Positions 51,365-64,000 of a DNA stretch of 64,000 nt are shown here, in pieces. Source of the DNA: Mobula hypostoma (lineage: Eukaryota); the NCBI RefSeq assembly GCF_963921235.1, contig NC_086097.1, positions 140,060,001 through 140,124,000 of the forward strand. The letters are read 5' to 3'. Under the pieces are notes generated by a model. The model was not told where the DNA came from, did no database searches, and saw only the letters and a program-made list of their open reading frames with translations. Position numbers and translations under genes: made by a program. The stretch's first letter is position 1. Each line of letters begins with the position of its first letter.

Positions 51365-51930
51365 AGAGCTGATTGTGGACTTTAGGAAGGTGCAGGCTAA
51401 CCACTCCTCATTGCAGATTCATGGCTCCTCTGTGGAGAGAGTTAGAAGCACCAGGTTTCTGGGAGTGTACGTTACGGACAATCACACCTGGTCCCTTAAC
51501 ACCACCTCTTTGGTCAAGAAAGCACAGCAGCAGCTCCAACTCTTGAGGAGATTGAGACAAGTGAGGCTCCACCAGCCCACACCCCATTATAGTCAATTTT
51601 TACCGGAGCACCATCAAGAGTGTCCTGGCCTGGTACAGGAATTGCAAGGAATCTGACCATGAGTCCCTACAAAGGATAGCAAGAACTGGTGAGAGGATCA
51701 CTGGGGTCTCTCTTCCATCCATCAGAGATATTCATCAGGAGTGCTGTGTATGCAGAGCTCTTAGCATTGTTGATGATCCCTCCCATCTGTTTAATGATGC
51801 CTTACCCCTTACCATCAGACAGGAGGTACTGTAGCATTAATACAAGAACTGTTAGGATGGGAAACAGCTTCTTCCCCCAGGCTGTGAGAGTATTGAACTC
51901 CCTGCCACCACCCATGTCTCATCATTCATG
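51365..51930 (+). mobile_element. Rex1/Babar-like LINE 3' fragment
   Basis: ELIVDFRK...VERVRSTRFLGV...KKAQQQLQLLRRL...RMGNSFFPQAVRVLN. Confidence 0.75.
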
Positions 51931-53709
51931 AAGTGCCAGTAGCTTTATATTGTTTACTTTTTAATTTGTGTCATAAGTGCACCAATTATTTGTTAATCTA
52001 CTAGAGGTAATATTATTTTATGTCTTGTGTGTGAATTATGTGTACTGTCCTGTGCACCTTGGTCTGGAAGATACATATGTACAGATGAATCACAATAAAC
52101 TGAACTTGAACTTGATCTTCATTCCCTGCATATTCTGTCAGTGCTGCACTTTCTCTGTAACTATGGCACTTTATTCTGCATTCTGTGATTGTTTTTCACT
52201 GCATTGATGTGATGAAGTGATCTGTATGGATGGCATGCAAAACAAGTTTTTCACTTTGGCTTGGTGTATGTCATAGAGTCGTGCTGAATGGAAAAAGGCC
52301 CTTCAACCCGACTCGATCGTGGTAACTGAGTTGCCCAGCAAGCTAGTCCCATCTGCCCATGTTTAACTCACAGATCTCTAACCACCTCCTATCCATGTAC
52401 TGATCTAGATGGCTTTTAAATTTTGCTAATATGGCTGTCTCAACCACTATTTCTGGTTGCTCATTCCAATTGTGCACCACCCTTTGTGTAAAGAAGCTGT
52501 CCCGAATGTCCCTCTTAAGTATCTCACCTCTGATTTTAAACTGATGCTCTCATGTTTTTAGCTCCTCCTCCCTGAAAAAAAGTCTATGTGCTTTCACCCT
52601 GTTTATGCCTGTCTATCAGGTCACCCCTCGATCGCTTACATTCCAGTGAATAAAGTCCCAGACCATGCAACCTGTCTTTGTGGCCACTTTATTAGGTACA
52701 CCTGCTTGTTAATGCAGACATCAAATCAGCCAATCATGTGGCAGCAACTCAATGCATAAAAGCATGCAAACATGGTCAACTGGTTCAGTTATTGTTCAGA
52801 CAGAACATTAGAACAGGAAGGAAATGCAATCTAAGAAGAGACCTGAAATGGACAGACTACAGCAGTAGAAGACCACATTGGGTGCAAGTCCTACTGTGCA
52901 AGTCTTATGTAGACTTTGCACTGCATTAGACACAGGCTTCCAGTTGGAGAAACAACCCTTGACCATTATCCTTCGCTTCCTACCACTGAACCAATCAGCT
53001 ATTTCCCTCACCCCCACCCCTGGATCCCATGCAAGACTAGACCACAGGCTAGTCTGCCATGAGTGGCCCTGTCAAAGTCCTTTTTAAAGTCCACATGGAC
53101 AACATCCACTGCCCCACCCCCCTCTATCTTCTTGGTTACGTTCTTGAAGAACTCCAAGATTTGTCAGACATGACTTCCTATGCACAAAGCTGAGCTGACT
53201 GTTGCAAATCAGACCCATTTCTCCAAATGATGGTCTGACCCTTTACCTTACAATCCTTTCCAAGACTTAATCCACCAATAATGTCAGATTCACTGGTCCA
53301 TAGTTTCCTGGCTTGTTTTCACTACCCTTTTTAAACAACCCAGTAATGTGTCAGCCACTTTCCAGTCTTCAGGTACTTCCAAAATCTCTGTAAGGCCTCC
53401 CAAAATTTATTCTCTAACTTCCATCAAGGTCTGGGACCAGGTCAGGCCCAGAGGAATTATCCACCATACTGCTGTTACAGCCTCCATACTTCCTCCCTAC
53501 AAATTCTTCTGTGGTTCAAGATGACACCAATGATTTCATCCATTTCTTATTTTCCATCATTTTCCCCACAGTAAAAATGGACGAGAAATATGGGGGCTGA
53601 GAGGAAAAATGGATCAGCCATGATAAAATGGTTAGCAGACTCAATGGGACAAATGGCCTAATTCTGCTCCTATATCTTATGGTCTTAACTACACGTAGTC
53701 TAACATTCA

Positions 53710-54320
53710 ACATTGGCCTTCATAAATCAATATATTGAGTGTAGGAGTTGGGAACTTTTGGTGAAATTGTATAAGATGTTGCTGAGGTCTAATTTGGAGT
53801 ACTGTGTGAAGTTTTGGTCACCTACTTACAGTTGTGTACAGTAAATAAGATTGAAAGAGTACAGAGAAAATTTACAAGGATGTTGCCGAGACTTGAATAC
53901 CTGAGTTATAGGGAAAGGTTAAATAGACTACGATTTTCTTCCCTAGAATGGAGAAGACTGAGCGGAGATTTAATAGAGGTGTACAAAATTATGAGGGCTA
54001 TTGATAAGGTAACAGGAAGCCGGATTTTTCATTGAGGCTGGATGAGATTAAACTAGAGATCATGAGTTAAGGGTGAAAGGTGAAATGTTTAAGAACATGA
54101 GGGGGAACTTCACTCAGAGAGTGGGGAGAGTGTGGAATGAGCTGCCAATTCAAATGGTGGATGCAGGGTCAATTTCAACACTGAGTAGACATTTAGATAG
54201 GTACATGGCTGAGTTGGGTATTTAGGACTATGGTCTGGGTGACTAGGCAGATTAGTGGTTCAGCACAGACTAGATGGACCAAAAGGCCTGTATCTGAGCT
54301 GTAATGTTCCTTGACTTTTT
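53710..54320 (+). mobile_element. Degenerate CR1 3' fragment
   Basis: IERVQRKFTRMLP...RLSGDLIEVYKIM; CR1-type 3' end. Confidence 0.8.
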
Positions 54321-54650
54321 TGTCTATGACTAGCTGGCAGTCACCACCTGGGATTTATTTACAGAAACACAGGGTAGAAAGACATGGAAATCTTGATGAA
54401 ACTTCATAAAATACTGGTTGTGTCATAACTGAAGTAACTGTGTCCAGTTCTGGGCCACACCTTAAGATGTGAATGTTTTGGAGGATGCCGAAGAAATTTA
54501 CAAAGTGATTCATCCCAGGGGTGAGAGGATTTGGAGTTTCCTCTTGGAACAGAGGAGGCTGTGAATGAATCTAATGGAGGAGAGAGAGAAAAAAGGTATT
54601 TCCATTAATAGAGGCTCAAGAACTGGAGATATTGATACTGAAGATAATGG

Positions 54651-55996
54651 TTGCTTGGTAAGTTGATGGAGAAGATCCTGAGAGGCAGGATTTATGAACA
54701 TTTGGAGAAGCAGAATATGATTAGGAATAATCAGCATGGCTTTGTCAAAGGCAGGTCGTTCCTTACAAGCCTAATTGAATTTTTTGAGGATGTGACTTTA
54801 CACATTGATGAATGTAGAGAAGTAGATGCAGTGTATATGGATTTCAGCAAGGCATTTGATAAGGTATCCCATGCAAGGCTTATTGAGAAAGTAAGGAAGC
54901 ATGGGATCCAAGGGTACATTACTTTGTGGATCCAGAACTGGCTTGCACACAGACGGCAAAGAGTGGTTGTAGATGGGTCATATTCTGCATGGAGGCTGGT
55001 GACCAATGGTGTGCCTCAGGGATCTGTTCTGGGACCCTTTCTCTTCGTGATTTTTATAAATGACCTGGATGAGGAAGTGGAGGGATGGGTTAGTAAATTT
55101 GCTGATGACACAAAGGTTGGGAGTGTTGTGGATAGTGTGGGAGGCTGTCAGAAGTTACAGCGGAACATTGATAGGATGTAAAACTGGGCTGAGAAGTAGC
55201 AGATGGAGTTCAACCCAGATACGTGTGAGGTGGTTCATTTTGGTAGGTCAAATATGATGGCAGAATATAGTATTAATGGTAAGACTCTTCGCAGTGTGGA
55301 GGATCAGAGGGATCTTGGGGTCCGAGTCCACAGGACACTCAAAGCTGCTGCTCAAGTTGATTGTGTGGTTGAGAAGGCATACAGTGCATTGGCCTTCATC
55401 AGCTGTGGGATTGAGTTCAAGAGCAGAGAGGTAATGTTACAGCTATATAGGACCCCGGTCAGACCCCACTTGGAGTACTGTGCTCAGTTCTGGTCATCTC
55501 ACTGCAGGAAGGATGTGGAAACTATAGAAAGGGTGCAGAGGAGATTTACAAGGATGTTGCCTGGATTGGGGAGCATGCCTTATGAGAATAGGTTGAGTGA
55601 ACTCAGCCTTTTCTTCTTGGAGTGACAGAGGATGAGAGGTGACCTGATAGAAGTGTATAAGATGATGAGAGGCATTGGTCATGTGGATAGTCAGAGGCTT
55701 TTTCCCAGGGCTGAAATGGCCAGCACGAGAGGCCACAGTTTTAAGGAGCTTGGAGGAGATGTCAGGGGTAAGTTTTTTTATGCAGAGAGAGGTGAGTGCA
55801 TGGAATAGGCTGCTGGTGGTGGTGGTGTAGGTGGAAGCAATAGGATCTTTTAAGAGACTCCTGGATAGGTACATGGAGCTTAGAAAAATGGAGGGCTATA
55901 GGTAACCCTAGGCAATTTCTAAAGTAAGTACATGTTCGACATAGTATTGTGGACCGGAGGGCCTGTTTTCTGCTGTAGGGTTTCTATGTTTCTATG
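54651..55996 (+). mobile_element. Older CR1 LINE fragment (RT to 3' end, with stops)
   Basis: QHGFVKGRS, YMDFSKAFDKV, GVPQGSVLGP, KFADDTK, VRPHLEYCAQFWS; in-frame stops; TTTCTATG tail. Confidence 0.9.
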
Positions 55997-57439
55997 AATG
56001 AAGGTGATAAGCAAAATAACTAAAACTGAAATGAATAATGAAGTGATTTACACAGCAAGCAGTTGGGATTTGGGATGCAAGACATTGGGGATGCTCTACA
56101 TCCCAAAGGAGCTGCAGGGCTATGAGGAGAGGATCAGGATGTGGGACTGGCTGGATTGAGCTTACATAGGGCTGGTATAGACATGACTTGAGTCTTTCTG
56201 TGCTACAACAATTCCCTTGATTCCAAGGTGTTAGCTGACAATAGCCTTTGCAAACAACAGCCATCAAACTGGTGACATCTTTTCTGTCTGATTTGCGGGT
56301 CATGTGGAGGGAGAAGTGTTCATGTGTGGGCGAGGTGGCCATGCATGCCGTCTGTGAATCCGGTGAATAGTAAAGACAACAGTAACAGTGGAGAGGTGAC
56401 ATTGCATTGATGGGTCCGGGGTTGCAGTGCCTATCAGGTGGTCTGAACCTTACTGTAGTGAAGAAATGCCAGCTCCATCACCTCCAGATGCTATCTTCCA
56501 GAGAGGTCTTCAAGGGTCACAAGGTGATCCTTGCAACTGAGGACTGCAAACGTACAGGAGACTGGCTAGTGTGATACAGTATGGCACTGCACTTTACTCA
56601 CAGGACTTGGTATCAAACTGACCTCTCACCAACTGTAAAAGTCCGCATGGACCTAGAGTGCACTGCACAAGCTGCCTGCGATTCAGCACAGACCGCAAAC
56701 GAGCAGTTTTACACTCAATTTATTCAAACAGGAGCTGAACTTCCAAACGTAAACCAGTGACTTGGCTCCAACCCGTGTTGATAAACATTTGCTCCCACTC
56801 CTCCACATACGGAGCTGTTAATCAAGCAAACAGGGCAGTGTGCCTGGTAAACATTCAGCGCACGCACACATCCAGGAAAACAATCAATGTTGAAACTGTG
56901 TACTGCATCACTGAGGAAGCCAGCTTCTCGAACAGACACCAGCAGTCCCTAGGGGATAGGGTTCCCCAGAGCGCTCAGCCGCAGTTACACAGAGGCCATG
57001 CTTCTTCCCGGCCTCTCAGTGCCGCGACAAGGGAAGATATTCAGAGCTGGTCACGCACAGCCGACCCATTCAACTGAGCAGCCAGGTTCAGTCCCAAACT
57101 CTTTCCAATCCAACACTTCCCCACTTTGTGGGAAAATATAAAGAATGGCAGAAGCTGTTGAGAGTCCCCGAAAACACACAGGAGATTTTTTTCCTGGTCA
57201 CAACAAAGGAAACAATAAAGCCCCAAATCCGTGTCACTGAGTGGAGTTCACTGACAATCTTTGGGGTTCAGTATTACGCATCTCACTCTGACTGTCGGTA
57301 GTTTACTGACTGAGACATCCTGAGCTAATAAGGGGGACTGTGGCAACAGTTCACCTTCTCTACACTGGAGACACAGTGTACGGGGGCTGAGTGAACTGGA
57401 GATCAATAATGGAAGGGCAAGATTCATGTAAACATACAA

Positions 57440-58090
57440 CACAAAAACAGGTCCTTCGGCCCAACTGGTCCATTTGCCTACACTGGTCTATATCCCTCCA
57501 AATCTTTCCTATCCATGTACCTGTCCAAGTAGCTTTAAAATGTTAATATACATGGCTCAACCACTTCCTCTGGCATATCATCCCTGAAACACTCTTTGCG
57601 TGAAAAACTTGCCCCTTAGTCCCTTTAAATCTCTCCCTTTTCACCATAAACCTTTGCCTCTTACTTCTTGGTTCCACAATTTTTGGAAAAAGACCATGTG
57701 CATTCACCGTTCACCAAGACTATGCCCTTCATAATTTTATACATTTCTATAAAATCATCTTTCATTCTCCTATACTCTGGTGAAAATAAGTTACCACCTG
57801 CTCAACCTCTCTCCATAACTCAGTCCTGGCAGCATCCTTATTAAACTTCTCTGCACTCTTTTCAGCTCAATGGCACCTTTCTTATAACAGGGTGACCAAA
57901 TCTGAACACGATATTCCAAATGCAGCCTCACCAATGTCTGGTGCCACTGCAACATAACATCCCAACTTTCACACTCAGTGCCTTGACTGATGAAAGCCCA
58001 GCGTGCCAAATGCCTTCTTCACGAGACACCATTTTCAGGGAAGAAGTGCTTGTACTCCTAGATCCCTCTATTCCACAACACTTTGCCGGG
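57440..58090 (-). mobile_element. Degenerate reverse CR1 3' fragment
   Basis: LVRLHLEYRVQIWSPCYKK...RMLPGLSYGERL. Confidence 0.75.
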
Positions 58091-59363
58091 GCCTACAGGT
58101 CCAGCGAAGTTACAAAGGAGCAGGTTTCCTATGCCATTAACTAGACCCACCCAGAAATGCCGTAAGAGAAATGCCAAGGACAGTTCCAGGGATGTTTCTA
58201 AGAGCAGAGACATCCAGATTTTCTTTTACTTTTTATCGGGAGATTTTGACAAGACCCCAGCCCAGAGTTACCATTCCCTGAGGCTTTTCATACTTGCACC
58301 AGCCACAGACATTTCCCGATGCAAACCCACAATGATCCCAGCTCTGGACCACAGTGATTCAGCAGCCAGATATGCTCCAACAGGAGTCCTTAGACACGCA
58401 GAGCGTCTCGTGGTCCGAGCACAGCACCGGAGCTCGCAGGGCACAACTACCCATTCTGTTCACCCTGAAAGCAGAGAGTAACTGCTTGGGCGAGAACCCT
58501 GTGCCGAGAATTTTAGAGGGTCTGCTGATCCGGTTTTACTCCTTGGCGACGAGCTCAGTGTTTCAGAGAACCAGCGGCAGTAATAGTGAAAGTCTCGAGC
58601 TGATCCAGTCCACTGAATTCGGGTGTTCCACATGGAGAGGTGGTTGTGCGCTTCCGGAGCCCGGCAAACCCGCTGGTGCTACCGCACCCACACACATCGC
58701 CGGCCACACTCGGCTGCAGATCCGGGAGGTGCCCGTCCTCGGGCTGGCGCCCTGTACCACCAACACAGCCTGGTACTAAAGTTTCCTAAGTCTGCTCCCT
58801 CTGACCGTCCCTGCAATAACACGTTAGACACCCCATCACCAACTGGACCGACAGATGCCCCGGTGACTTCTATCCAAAGGATATAATCGGGCTCAGTCGG
58901 AGTTGGCAAATTGTAGTCAGGAATGCAAGAAAACCAACAAACCAACAGCTAGTCTGCAACCGGCGAGAATTAAACCAGAGTCCCGGGTGTCCGACAATGC
59001 GCTGACAAAGAACTGACAGCTGTCTGTGGGGCATAGGCCGGTGCAAGCGGCTGCCGGACACACACACACAATCCCAATAGTGAAGCGGACAAAGCAACGA
59101 ACCGCACAGATTCGTCAGCAAATGCAGACACTGCGCTCAGCACCAGAGACCATTGTGGGCACTGATCCCCGACTAGGGGCGTTGACACCGAGAGCTTCAG
59201 CATTCTGCTCATCAGAAACGCGTCTCAGAGACGCGGGGCCCAGCATAGATGCGTCGGGTGTGTTAACAACGTCGGGACACTTGGGGGGGCGGGGGGGGGG
59301 GAGAGAAGCCGGGACAATGGTGGGAGAGACCGGGACAATGGTGGGGGAGGCACATTTCCTTAC

Positions 59364-59449
59364 CAGACACCGACAGGAGATGCAGGGGTTGTCTGTGATC
59401 AGTGGGATCTCTATCACGGCTCCTTCCTCCTCACAACCGGCCACGGAAC
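59364..59449 (-). CDS. BMPER: BMPER-like exon 2 (VWC1 N-half)
   Basis: CAG|..(G)SVAGCEEEGAVIEIPLITDNPCISCRCL|GTAAGG; matches the BMPER IP.ITDNPC motif; 86 nt. Confidence 0.95.
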
Positions 59450-59532
59450 CTGGAGCATAAACAGAGAGATCACAGTGTGCAGTGACAGCGGGCCGCCGCC
59501 GTGTCTCCTCGCCGGCCCACGACGCTTCTTAC

Positions 59533-59638
59533 CTGTCAGCAGAGACGGCGAGACGGCGAGCTGGGTCAGAAGAACCAAGGCGAAACAGAGCAGCTGACGG
59601 CCGCGGAGGCGAGGCCAGCGGGCGGCAGCGAGCCGCAT
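59533..59638 (-). CDS. BMPER: BMPER/Crossveinless-2-like, coding exon 1 (signal peptide)
   Basis: ATG at 59638 with an in-frame TGA 4 codons upstream; MRLAAARWPRLRGRQLLCFALVLLTQLAVSPSLLT(G) has a basic N-region plus hydrophobic core; donor G|GTAAGA; 106 nt, phase 1. Confidence 0.85.
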
Positions 59639-61722
59639 CTTCAGACGATGTCACCTCGGCAAGGGTAGGGACGCCGGAATCCCTCAGTCAGGTTTGGGCA
59701 AGAAGCCGGAGAAGGTACAGCGGGTGTCGGTATATCCCAAGTCAGGAGCAGAAGGCAAAGGCAGCCCGAGCAAGTCATCACAGTGACTACAAACTGCTCA
59801 TCCTGCTCTCAACCCCACTCTTCCAGGCACCAGGCTCTCCACCATCAGCGCGACCCGTGCGCTCCGCAGCCTCCCGCCTGGTGCACTGAGCTGAACGCTG
59901 TAACAGAGTAAACATTAAATAGATCCACCTACAGCCCCATTACTTCGACACCCTACTGGACACGTGTCCCCCCCTCTGTAAGGATCCAGCGACCCCACCC
60001 CCATCGAGACACAGTCAGACAGACACACATACACTCCACCGCTGCTCCAAAGCCCCTCGAGATCTCCAGTCAGTGCATTGGTTGGTTTTAAGGTTTATCC
60101 GCATCCTACCTGTATCCCGGGAATTCGTGTCCTAGTCCGATGGAGCGAGTGTTAATAACAGAGGCCCGCGGAATCTCCACACAGACTAGGGGAGAGATAA
60201 TTCAACTTGTGCACGCTTATGGAATATCGATGTGAGACTTCTGAATGAAACTGCCGCACTTGTAAACATGCAGCAGAACCTCCTGCATTGAAATGTGAAG
60301 TTTGAGAGAAGTAGCAGTGAAACTTACAGCGAATGTGAAAGTTGCAAATAAACTACCTCAGTGAAACTCGCAGGCAAAAGTGTTACACTTAAACTGCAGC
60401 CGTGAACCGGGCAGTGAAATAGTTCTACTGACTTTATTTATTGCAAAAGATCCTTTACCAGACTTCCAGATTATTTTTGCTTGGTTCAAATGCACTTAGT
60501 GAATCTCTGCCCATCGCAATTTTATTTAACCGCTGGGTGTTTCTTTATAGTTCTTGATGTATGGAGATGATTGCTAAGTTTACAATCAGCCCAATATACA
60601 TTAAATAATTCGGCACCGTCTGTTTTTCATCTTCGCGGCTAACCGTTGGGAGCTGCGTTCGGAATGTTTCACAATGTGGCTGAAATATTTATATCATGGG
60701 CTTGAACTCAATAAATCCCGCACAGGTCAGGAACAAATACCCTCAGATGGGGCTAACAAGGGTCTTTTGTCAGCAGTGCTTTGGCAACTGTTCAAGGTAA
60801 TTAAACGTGTGGCTCTTGACTGCGAGATTAGTGTTAACCCACGGTGGGGAGTGCTCCCTACCTGCGCCGGTGAGTCGGAATATATAGAGATTGGGTTACA
60901 CACATACACCAATCAAAGCGGCCGGGCCCAGCCTCGCACGGCGTATTTGAACCAAGAGCAACGCCTGAGGGCGCCCGGTTCAGAATGAAGCGTCCCTGTG
61001 TGGGAATTCTCGCTGCCCGGTGAGTGTAGAGCACGCAGTCTCGGCTGAATGGGGCTCCTGTTCGCTGCGTGCGGTGTCCGTGAGCGAAACTGGTTTCACA
61101 AACATGAAACAAAACTGATTCCAAGCCCCTCGGAGCAAGTTTTACCGTGTGATTTACAGATAATCTTTTAAATGTGGTCTGCATTAATCTCTGTTGGATT
61201 CCCAATAGAAATTTCTATGTCAACAGCGAGTACTCAGTGAGCGAGACCGAGGGCACGGAAAGGACCGATACCGCCGTTCCAGTCTCCTGGCGCGCACCAA
61301 GCAGTGGGCAGACGGTCCACAGAAAGGTCCCACAACAATGAGTTCTGCCCAGAGGATCACTGGGGAGCTCTGGCTGAGGGGATCCTCAAGCTCTTGTGAG
61401 AGCTCGGTGGGAACTCTGCTCAGTTTTACTGTCCCGCGCCCTGCGGCGCTGACGGGAGAGCCGAACGATCTTTAACTTCCTGAGCTCAATCACACTGACA
61501 TCAGGTAGCAGCAATTTATCATGAAAGCACAGAAAAGGCTATAATGCATTGTTCTGCAACAGAGACCGGGATGCATCCGCGCTCCAGCCACACCTCTCCA
61601 AACCCCTGAACATTTTAGCCCTGCATGCTACACGCTGCCACAGGCAGTGATGGGCACGAGCACAGCGGTTCATACGCATTCAGTAGTGAACACAGATAAA
61701 GCTACACACACACCGACATATA

Positions 61723-62092
61723 TACTCAGTGACCCCTTTATTAGGTACCTTCCTTTTTTGCTTTCGCCCACAGAACTACAGCTCACTGGATTTTTGTTTT
61801 CGTTTTCGTACCGTTCTCTGTAAAATCTAGAGACTGTTACGTGCGAAAATCCCAGGAGATCAGCAGTTTCTGAGATATTCAAACCACCTCTTCTGGCGCC
61901 AAAAATTATTCCATGGTCAAAGTCACTTAGATCACATTTCTTCTCAATTCTGATGTTTGGTCTGAACAACAACTCAACCTCTTGACCATGTCTGCATGAT
62001 TTTATACATTGAGATGCTGCCACATAATTGGCTGATTAGACATTTGCATTAATGAGGTGTAACAGGTGTACCTACAAAATGGCCACTCAGTG
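61723..62092 (-). mobile_element. Tc1-derived MITE with an HTH remnant
   Basis: TA-flanked imperfect TIRs (TACTCAGTGACCCCTTTATTAGGTAC / GTACCTACAAAATGGCCACTCAGTG); DLSDFDHGIIFGARRGGLNISETADLLGFSHVTVSR; a related partial copy lies at about 52680-52880. Confidence 0.8.
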
Positions 62093-62508
62093 TACAAAGA
62101 GTTGTACCCACAAACATTCGTGTAAGTGCCCAGATGGCTACACTGCATTACAGACCTGAATAAGGTCACCACAAGTGGATCAACACATTGATCAAGACAC
62201 TGATTGTCAACTTCGGGAAAGGGAAGGAAACCAGAGGTCCGTGAGCCAGTAATCATTGGAGGGTCAGAAGTGGAGAGGGTCAGTAACTTAAATTCCTGGG
62301 AGTCACTATCTCAGAGGAACTGTTCCGGGCCCATCATATAAAGATAATTGAATTACAATCAGAATCAGGTTTATTATCACCGTTATGTGTCGTGAACTTT
62401 GTTAATAGCAGCAGTTCAATGCAATACATGATAATTGCAGTGAATTTTTTATATATATATATATATATAGAATAGATTAAAAATAGTGCAAAACTGAAAT
62501 AATATATA

Positions 62509-63389
62509 CACTGGCATGCAAAAGTTTGGGCAACCCGGTCAAAATTTCTGTTACTGTGAATAGCTAAGCGAGTAAAAGATAACCTGATTTCCAAAAGGCA
62601 TAAAGTTAAAGATGACACATTTCTTTAACATTTTAAGCAAGATTACTTTTTTATTTCCATCTTTTACAGTTTCAAAATAACAAAAAAGGAAAAGGGCCCG
62701 AAGCAAAACTTTGGGTACCCTGCATGGTCAGTACTTAGTAACACCCCCTTTGGCAAGTATCACAGCTTGTAAACACTTTTTGTAGCCAGCTGGGAGTCTT
62801 TCATTTCTTGTTTGGGGGATTTTCGCCCATTCTTCCTTGCAAAAGACTTCTAGTTCTGTGAGATTCTTGGGCCATCTTGCATTGCACTGCTCTTTTGAGG
62901 TCTATCCACTGATTTTCAATGATATTTAGGTCGGGGACTGTGAGGGCCATGGCAAAACCTTCAGCTTGCGCCTCTTGAGGTAGTCCATTGAGGATTTTGA
63001 GGTGTGTTTAGGATCATTATCCTGTTGTAAAAGCTATCCTCTTTTCATCTTCAGATTTTTTTTAAAGACGGTGTGATGTTTGCTTCTAGAATTTGCTGGT
63101 ATTTAATTGAATTCATTCTTCCCTCTACCAGTAAATGTTCCCCGTGGCACTGGCTGCAACACAAGCCCAAATATGATCGATCCACCCCCGTGCTTAACAG
63201 TTGGAGAGGTGATCTTTTCATGAAATTCTGCACCCTTTTTTCTCCAAACATACCTTTGCTCATTGTGGCCAAAAAGTTCTATTTTAACTTCATCAGTCAC
63301 AGGACTTGTGTCTAAAATGCATCAGGTTTGTTTAGATATTCCTTTGAACTTTTTGAATAGAACTTTTTGGATGGTTTTGCATGCCACTG
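62509..63389 (-). mobile_element. Internally deleted Tc1-family transposon
   Basis: TA-CACTGGCATGCAAAA...TTTTGCATGCCACTG-TA; transposase remnants TDEVKIELFG, TVKHGGGSI, QQDNDPKHT, PDLNIIEN on the minus strand, frameshifted. Confidence 0.92.
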
Positions 63390-63419
63390 TATGTAAAAAG
63401 TGAGGTAGTGTTCATGGGT

Positions 63420-64000
63420 TCAATGCCCATTTAGGAATCAGATGGCAGAGGGGAAGAAACTATTGCTGAATCACTGTATGTGTACCTTCAGGCTTCTGCA
63501 CCTCCTTCCTCATGGTAACAAGAGGGCATGCCCTGGTATTGGGCGTCCTTAATAAAGGACGTCATCTTTCTGAGGCACTGCTCCTTGAAGCTGCCTTGGG
63601 TACTAGGGAGGCTAGTACCCAAGATGGAGCTGTCTAATTTTACAGCTTTTTGTAGTTTCTTTTGGTCCTGTGCAGTAGCCACACCACCCCGCCCCCCTCC
63701 ATACCAGACAGTGATGCAGCCTGTCAGAATGCTCTCCACGGTGCATCTATAGACGTTTTCAACTGTTTTTGTTGACAAACCAAATATCTTCAAACTCCTA
63801 ATGAAGCATAGTTGCTGTCTTGCCTTCTTTATGCATCGATATTTTGGGACTAGGTTAGATCCGCAGAGATCTTGACACCCAGGAACTTGATTGAAATTGC
63901 TCATTCTCTCCACTTCTGATCCCTCTATGAGGATTGGCTCATGTTCCCTTGTCTTACCCTTCCTGAATTCCACAATTAGCTCTTTCATCTTACTGACATT
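63420..64000 (-). mobile_element. Rex1/Babar-like LINE fragment
   Basis: KELIVEFRKG...KKARQQLCFIRSLK...YRCTVESILTGCITVWYG; related pieces at about 46490-46800 (+) and about 62190-62340 (+). Confidence 0.8.

Larger units (their letters stand above)
58400..61650. promoter_or_regulatory. CpG-rich region spanning the promoter and exons 1-2 of the BMPER-like gene
   Basis: CpG density is visibly much higher than in the rest of the window and the region overlaps the start codon; boundaries are approximate. Confidence 0.65.

Noticed and set aside
58354..61205. Several 100-144 aa ORFs around the CpG-rich region
   Set aside because: No recognisable domains; expected by chance in GC-rich promoter and intron DNA. 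Only the parts matching exons 1-2 were retained.

Overview
Vertebrate genomic DNA. The repeat landscape (CR1 LINEs with TTTCTATG tails, V-SINE, Rex1/Babar-like fragments, Tc1 and hAT MITEs) suggests a cartilaginous fish, probably a ray; this is inference. The window holds coding exons 1-14 of a minus-strand BMPER/Crossveinless-2-family gene: ATG at 59638, 1843 coding nt, all GT-AG junctions in phase, encoding a signal peptide, five VWC modules and a VWD domain with the GDPH motif. The last (TIL) exon was not found and presumably lies left of position 1. Intron 13 (804-29812, about 29 kb) is mostly a modular 35/36/45/46-bp C-rich satellite (about 24 kb) that begins about 35 nt from the exon-14 acceptor. 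The satellite is split by a young 5'-truncated CR1 (9102-12485) with an uninterrupted APE-RT ORF2. The most striking signal is at the ORF1/ORF2 junction: ORF1 ends in an in-phase U_UUA_AAC slippery heptamer directly before its stop, and the -1 frame is ORF2, which has no AUG until the middle of the endonuclease. This is a candidate programmed -1 ribosomal frameshift. The giant repeat ORFs in the ORF track are judged artefacts of satellite base composition. All calls were made by eye; no searches were run.
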